Below are positions 59,884-64,000 of a DNA stretch of 64,000 nucleotides, piece by piece. The stretch comes from Candidatus Limnocylindrales bacterium (GTDB taxonomy: Bacteria; Patescibacteriota; Microgenomatia; Levybacterales; UBA12049), in the NCBI GenBank assembly GCA_035526025.1, contig DATLDE010000011.1, forward strand, positions 121,056-185,055, read 5' to 3'. Position numbers and translations under genes: made by a program. Under the pieces are notes generated by a model. It was given only the letters and a program-made list of their open reading frames with translations, was not told where the DNA came from and ran no database searches. Each line of letters starts with the position of its first letter. Within the stretch, counting starts at the first letter, position 1.

Positions 59884-60627
59884 TTAATATTGAACGAAAT
59901 ATTGAACGTTTGCCTTTTTTTGAAGCTCTGCAAGCCATTGCTGAACTTTCTCATTTAGTTTTTGCTGTCTAAGATTATCAGATACTGATTTGCTGAGCTG
60001 AGCTTCTGTCTGATCGGCTGGTAGTGACTCTTTATTTTTTTCGATGTATTCAGTAACTTCTTTATCAGTTATTTTTATATCTTTGCCGACCATTTTACTT
60101 ACCAATTTATCAAGTCTTATGAGTTTTCTCAAATCTTCTTTTGTTAATCCCTGAAGCGCTAAGACCTGATCCATCTTCTGTCCTGATTTTGAAAGAGTTG
60201 TTTCCACTTTTTTAATTTCTGCATCTATTTCTTTGTCAGTTATTGTAACATTTTGTTTTTTTGCTTCCTGCTCGATCAGGCTATTTCTTACAAGATTATT
60301 TATGGTTTGCTTGCCAGCTTGTTTTTCAGTTTCACGAACAACATTTACTCTATAAATAGGCATACCATTTACCATAGCAGCAATGAAAACGCCCTTATAT
60401 CTTACAATCATAACTGCAAGCAGTGCGAGCACGACAATAAATGCTACATATGACTTACGGACCCTAAGAGGTGGATTTGTGGAATCTGATGAGGATACGC
60501 TTGAAGTAGTTTTTGATGACGCAATCTTTGCAGAAGAAGTGGATTTAAATTTTGTTCCTGTTAATTTTTTAACAGTTGGTTTTGCAGCTGTTTTCTTTGA
60601 ACTTGTTGTTGTTTTTCTTGTCGCCAT
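59884..60627 (-). CDS. SurA N-terminal domain / PrsA-like chaperone
   Basis: Basic N-tail, TM, AA.VNG.PI, LIEQEA, W...L.KKA.V; no parvulin domain. Confidence 0.85.
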   Translation of the reverse strand: MATRKTTTSSKKTAAKPTVKKLTGTKFKSTSSAKIASSKTTSSVSSSDSTNPPLRVRKSYVAFIVVLALLAVMIVRYKGVFIAAMVNGMPIYRVNVVRETEKQAGKQTINNLVRNSLIEQEAKKQNVTITDKEIDAEIKKVETTLSKSGQKMDQVLALQGLTKEDLRKLIRLDKLVSKMVGKDIKITDKEVTEYIEKNKESLPADQTEAQLSKSVSDNLRQQKLNEKVQQWLAELQKKANVQYFVQY

Positions 60628-60686
60628 ATCTGTCTTATATTATATATAATCCACCCTATGCAATGCAAGTACTATTTTCACTAAAC

Positions 60687-61817
60687 CTACTGCTCTGGGG
60701 CTTTCTCAAGCGTTGTCCTTATATCCTCTGCCTTATCTTCACGGAATAGAGTAATTATTATTACGTCGCCAACTTTCTTCTTTGCGATGATTGTTGACAA
60801 CTGAGTTTTCTCATTGATTTTTTGTCCATCAATTTTTGTGATCACGTCTCCGGGCTTAATTCCTGCTTTATCCGCACTTGACCCTTCTATCACCTGCTGA
60901 ACATATGCACCCTCCGGCAAATCATTTAAGATTGCAATATCTTTTGAAATTAATTTATAAGCGACTCCCAAATATGGTCGTTCAAACTTTCCTGTATTGT
61001 TAAAGTTATTAAGAGAATCTTTTATAACATTGATGGGAATTGCAAAACCTATATTTTGCCCACTTTGAGACACGGCAGTATTTACACCTATTACCTGTCC
61101 TGCAGAATTAATGAGTGGGCCACCACTATTTCCGGGATTTATCGCTGCATCTGTTTGTATTACATTATCAAGTCTCTCAAGAGAACCCTCATATGGGCTT
61201 CCTGCATCAATTCCCCGCCCAAGACCTGAAACAACTCCTGTTGTTACAGTATTTTTAAATTCTCCGAGGGCTGTTCCTATAGCAACAACGTATTGCCCTA
61301 CTTGAAGACTTGAGGAATCACCAAGCTCAATTGGGGTCAGCTTGTCCCCTGTATTTTGAGATTTGTTAACTTGTAAAATAGCAATATCATTTAACGGGTC
61401 ACGATATATTTTGGTGACCTCATACTTCTTATCTGTACTTGTGACAATTTGATATTTGCCTTCAGTTCCCGAAACAACATGCTTATTGGTAAGTATCAAC
61501 CCTTCAGAGTCTATGATAAATCCTGTGCCAATACTTTGTGGCTCAGAAGGTGTTGATTTTTCTTCCTGAGGAATACCAAAAACAGAAAAAGGGCCAAAAT
61601 TAAATCTCGAAGCTGCCGCTGGCGATACCTCCTCTGCTATTGTTACGACTGAAGGTCCTACTTTTTTTACAATATTAATTGTTACAGACTCCTCAGTTAT
61701 TACTTTAACTTTTTCACTTTCTTGTGGTAATTTTTTTTCAGGTAAATATTTAGAGGAAACATTGCGGAGTCCCAGAAGAGCTATCAAAATTAATACTAAT
61801 ACAACTAACCTTTTCAT
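60687..61817 (-). CDS. htrA: HtrA/DegP serine protease with PDZ domain
   Basis: TNKHVV, DIA, TDAAINPGNSGGPL, PDZ. Confidence 0.95.
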   Translation of the reverse strand: MKRLVVLVLILIALLGLRNVSSKYLPEKKLPQESEKVKVITEESVTINIVKKVGPSVVTIAEEVSPAAASRFNFGPFSVFGIPQEEKSTPSEPQSIGTGFIIDSEGLILTNKHVVSGTEGKYQIVTSTDKKYEVTKIYRDPLNDIAILQVNKSQNTGDKLTPIELGDSSSLQVGQYVVAIGTALGEFKNTVTTGVVSGLGRGIDAGSPYEGSLERLDNVIQTDAAINPGNSGGPLINSAGQVIGVNTAVSQSGQNIGFAIPINVIKDSLNNFNNTGKFERPYLGVAYKLISKDIAILNDLPEGAYVQQVIEGSSADKAGIKPGDVITKIDGQKINEKTQLSTIIAKKKVGDVIIITLFREDKAEDIRTTLEKAPEQ

Positions 61818-61864
61818 AGATTAAATATTTTACAAACCAAATCCTACTAGTTGATTTGTAATAA

Positions 61865-63142
61865 TTATTTTACCAATTCCTCTATGGCCCTTTCAAGCTG
61901 GGCATCGTGCTCAGGGTTTTTCTCATCGACTGGCACCTCAACGTCAGGCTTTAATCCGCTACCATTTTTACCATTTCCGACCCATGTCCCTTCAGGTGTT
62001 AACCATTTTGCAATGGTTACATGAATCCCTGCCCCATTCCCTAGATCTTCTGCCTGCTGAATAGTACCTTTTCCAAATGAGGTTTCGCCAACCAATGTCG
62101 CCCTCTTATGGTCTCTGAGCGCACCTGCCACGATCTCTGCTGCGCTCGCTGAACCTTTGTTAATAAGAACTACCACAGGAACATCGTATAAGAGTCCTTT
62201 TCCAGAAACCGGAAACGCGGTTCTGTCACCATTTTTGTCTTCCTGAAGTACTGCGTTTCCATCTTTAATGAATTCAGATGCGATAAATACAGCATCATTT
62301 AGATATCCCCCGGGATTATTTCGCAGATCAAAGACTATGCCTTTTATGTCTTTTTGAGTTTTTAAACGAACTGCTGCATCATTAGAGAGCTTGAGCCATT
62401 CACTATTTGTAGAATCTCCAAATTGTGACAACCTTATATAGATGATCTTGTTATCAGCAATTTTACTTTTGCTTGCGGTTTTACTAATTGATTCAATCTC
62501 TTTTGCTTGTTTTGTATATGTAGTCAGGCTTTTAACTGTGATGGTATCACGGGTTATATTGATATCAACTGGTGCTTCGCCTTGCTTGTGTACAACACTT
62601 ATCTTAACAGCTGTGCCTTTAGGACCACGAATTTTGTCAACTGCCTGCCCGAGAGTCCAGCCAAAAGTTACCTGATCATTTACTTTGACTATCGCGTCCC
62701 CAGGTAAAATACCTGATTTTTTAGCAGGTGATCCATCAAGAGGTGATACCACTATTATTTGTTTATTTTTAAGTCCAAGCTCGGCTCCAATTCCTTCAAA
62801 TTTACCAGCCATTCCGTTTTTGAAATCATCATTTTGCTTAGCAGGCAGATAAACTGTATATGGATCATCTAAGCTTTCAACCATTCCCGAGATTGCACCA
62901 TTAATTATTTTCTGAGAATCTATCTGCTTTTTATCATAGTAAGACCCTTCGATCTTATCTAGAACTAGCCAAAATTGACTAAAATCTCCCTGCATTGAAG
63001 AAGGAGGTGGCTCCTTACTTGACATCTGAATGTCGGGTTTGAAATTGCGGACATCAACTTTAATCTTTGTGACACCAATCGCATAGCCTATTAATCCGGC
63101 AATCACTATAGCTAGTATAAATCTTAATTTTGTTGATTTCAT
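61865..63142 (-). CDS. ctpA: S41 carboxy-terminal processing protease
   Basis: LDDPYT, GIG, PDZ, DLRNNPGG, SASAAEI, FGKG. Confidence 0.95.
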   Translation of the reverse strand: MKSTKLRFILAIVIAGLIGYAIGVTKIKVDVRNFKPDIQMSSKEPPPSSMQGDFSQFWLVLDKIEGSYYDKKQIDSQKIINGAISGMVESLDDPYTVYLPAKQNDDFKNGMAGKFEGIGAELGLKNKQIIVVSPLDGSPAKKSGILPGDAIVKVNDQVTFGWTLGQAVDKIRGPKGTAVKISVVHKQGEAPVDINITRDTITVKSLTTYTKQAKEIESISKTASKSKIADNKIIYIRLSQFGDSTNSEWLKLSNDAAVRLKTQKDIKGIVFDLRNNPGGYLNDAVFIASEFIKDGNAVLQEDKNGDRTAFPVSGKGLLYDVPVVVLINKGSASAAEIVAGALRDHKRATLVGETSFGKGTIQQAEDLGNGAGIHVTIAKWLTPEGTWVGNGKNGSGLKPDVEVPVDEKNPEHDAQLERAIEELVK

Positions 63143-63891
63143 ATCTGTAAAAAAATAATTGATTTTGTTTCAGGATTTATGAAAACTTTTTTCCCTGCCC
63201 ATTGCGTTAGAACATCATAGCTTTCCTCATTGATTTTTATTATTGGAATTTGAAATTTCTTATCTTTTAGGTATTCTATATCATGTTCGCCAATTCCAAC
63301 TCCTATAATCCCTGCCACTCCTATCCCGACCCCTTTCAAGATCATTTCCCGTGTAAAATTTTTCGAAACTGCAATTTTGCCAATTGCTTTTGCGTTAAGG
63401 TGGTATGAATCATCTTCCTGAAGAACATGTATTTCGCCTGTTCCTTTATCGCCTTGTGCTAGCATTCCAATCACGACATTTTTATCGGTATTGATTACTA
63501 TTTCCTTATTATCACATATCCCGACAATTCCATCAACCGGAGAAATTATATCTTGCGTACTAGTGCTTAAAGTAGTTTTTATTACAAGGTTTCCTGTGCT
63601 TCTTTCAAAGCGTGTCACTGTGCCTGCAACTTTACTTTTAAGAACCTCGGTATTAGTTCCGAATAAACTTTTTTTAATAGCTATCACATCCCCTATTTCA
63701 ACAGCTTCTCCTGGGATTTTTTTTATGATCTTCCTTGCGTGACTGATCCCTACACCAAGTGCATTTGGAATATTTATTATTTCGTCTTGAGGACCTATAT
63801 TTGACGCTATTACTTGGCCTACTGCCACTTCATCTCCAACTTTTACTACTGGGGAGAATCCATCAGAAAGATTTATAGGCAGTGCAGTCAT
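63139..63891 (-). CDS. Hypothetical protein with barrel-sandwich hybrid repeats
   Basis: V.VGDEV..GQVIA, GE.V..GDVIA, SPVDG.V patterns. Confidence 0.65.
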   Translation of the reverse strand: MTALPINLSDGFSPVVKVGDEVAVGQVIASNIGPQDEIINIPNALGVGISHARKIIKKIPGEAVEIGDVIAIKKSLFGTNTEVLKSKVAGTVTRFERSTGNLVIKTTLSTSTQDIISPVDGIVGICDNKEIVINTDKNVVIGMLAQGDKGTGEIHVLQEDDSYHLNAKAIGKIAVSKNFTREMILKGVGIGVAGIIGVGIGEHDIEYLKDKKFQIPIIKINEESYDVLTQWAGKKVFINPETKSIIFLQI

Positions 63892-63913
63892 AAAAGTTTA
63901 ATTTACCAATGTC

Positions 63914-63999
63914 CATTTATCATTTTCCATCTTATTTATTAATAGGTCAATCTTAAAAATGGTAATTAATTGCAAATGGAGAGTGGAAAGTGGAAAATC
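63914..63999. repeat. Inverted heptamer-periodic repeat
   Basis: tccattt atcattt tccatct ... aaatgga gagtgga aagtgga. Confidence 0.6.
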
Positions 64000-64000
64000 G

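Overview
AT-rich bacterial chromosome segment, standard genetic code. Gene content and mostly Shine-Dalgarno-free, near-leaderless starts suggest Patescibacteria/CPR, probably Microgenomates (inference, no search run). Housekeeping genes include rarA, gyrB-ppa-gyrA, folD, efp, pepN, tRNA-Leu(CAA), alr-ddl-murF, dnaB, hisS, rpmE, prfA, htrA and ctpA. There is a complete de novo UMP cluster and a his operon. Main findings: (1) The TrpR-family his repressor's own last codons (His-His) appear to act as the leader peptide of a full antiterminator/terminator attenuator. (2) A deletion scar joins the start of hisD to the IPSTKG end of hisB, leaving only the steps that make AICAR + IGP. (3) A single Xer recombinase lies near a 13-6-13 dif-like site whose arm recurs in the xer promoter and one other promoter, about 600 bp from a DnaA-box cluster. 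(4) A HAD phosphatase is fused to a PgsA-like domain whose membrane helices look hydrophilic. (5) Dispersed 7/8-nt periodic repeat elements occur, one pair flanking a four-helix-bundle gene. No CRISPR, rRNA, transposase or phage genes were seen.
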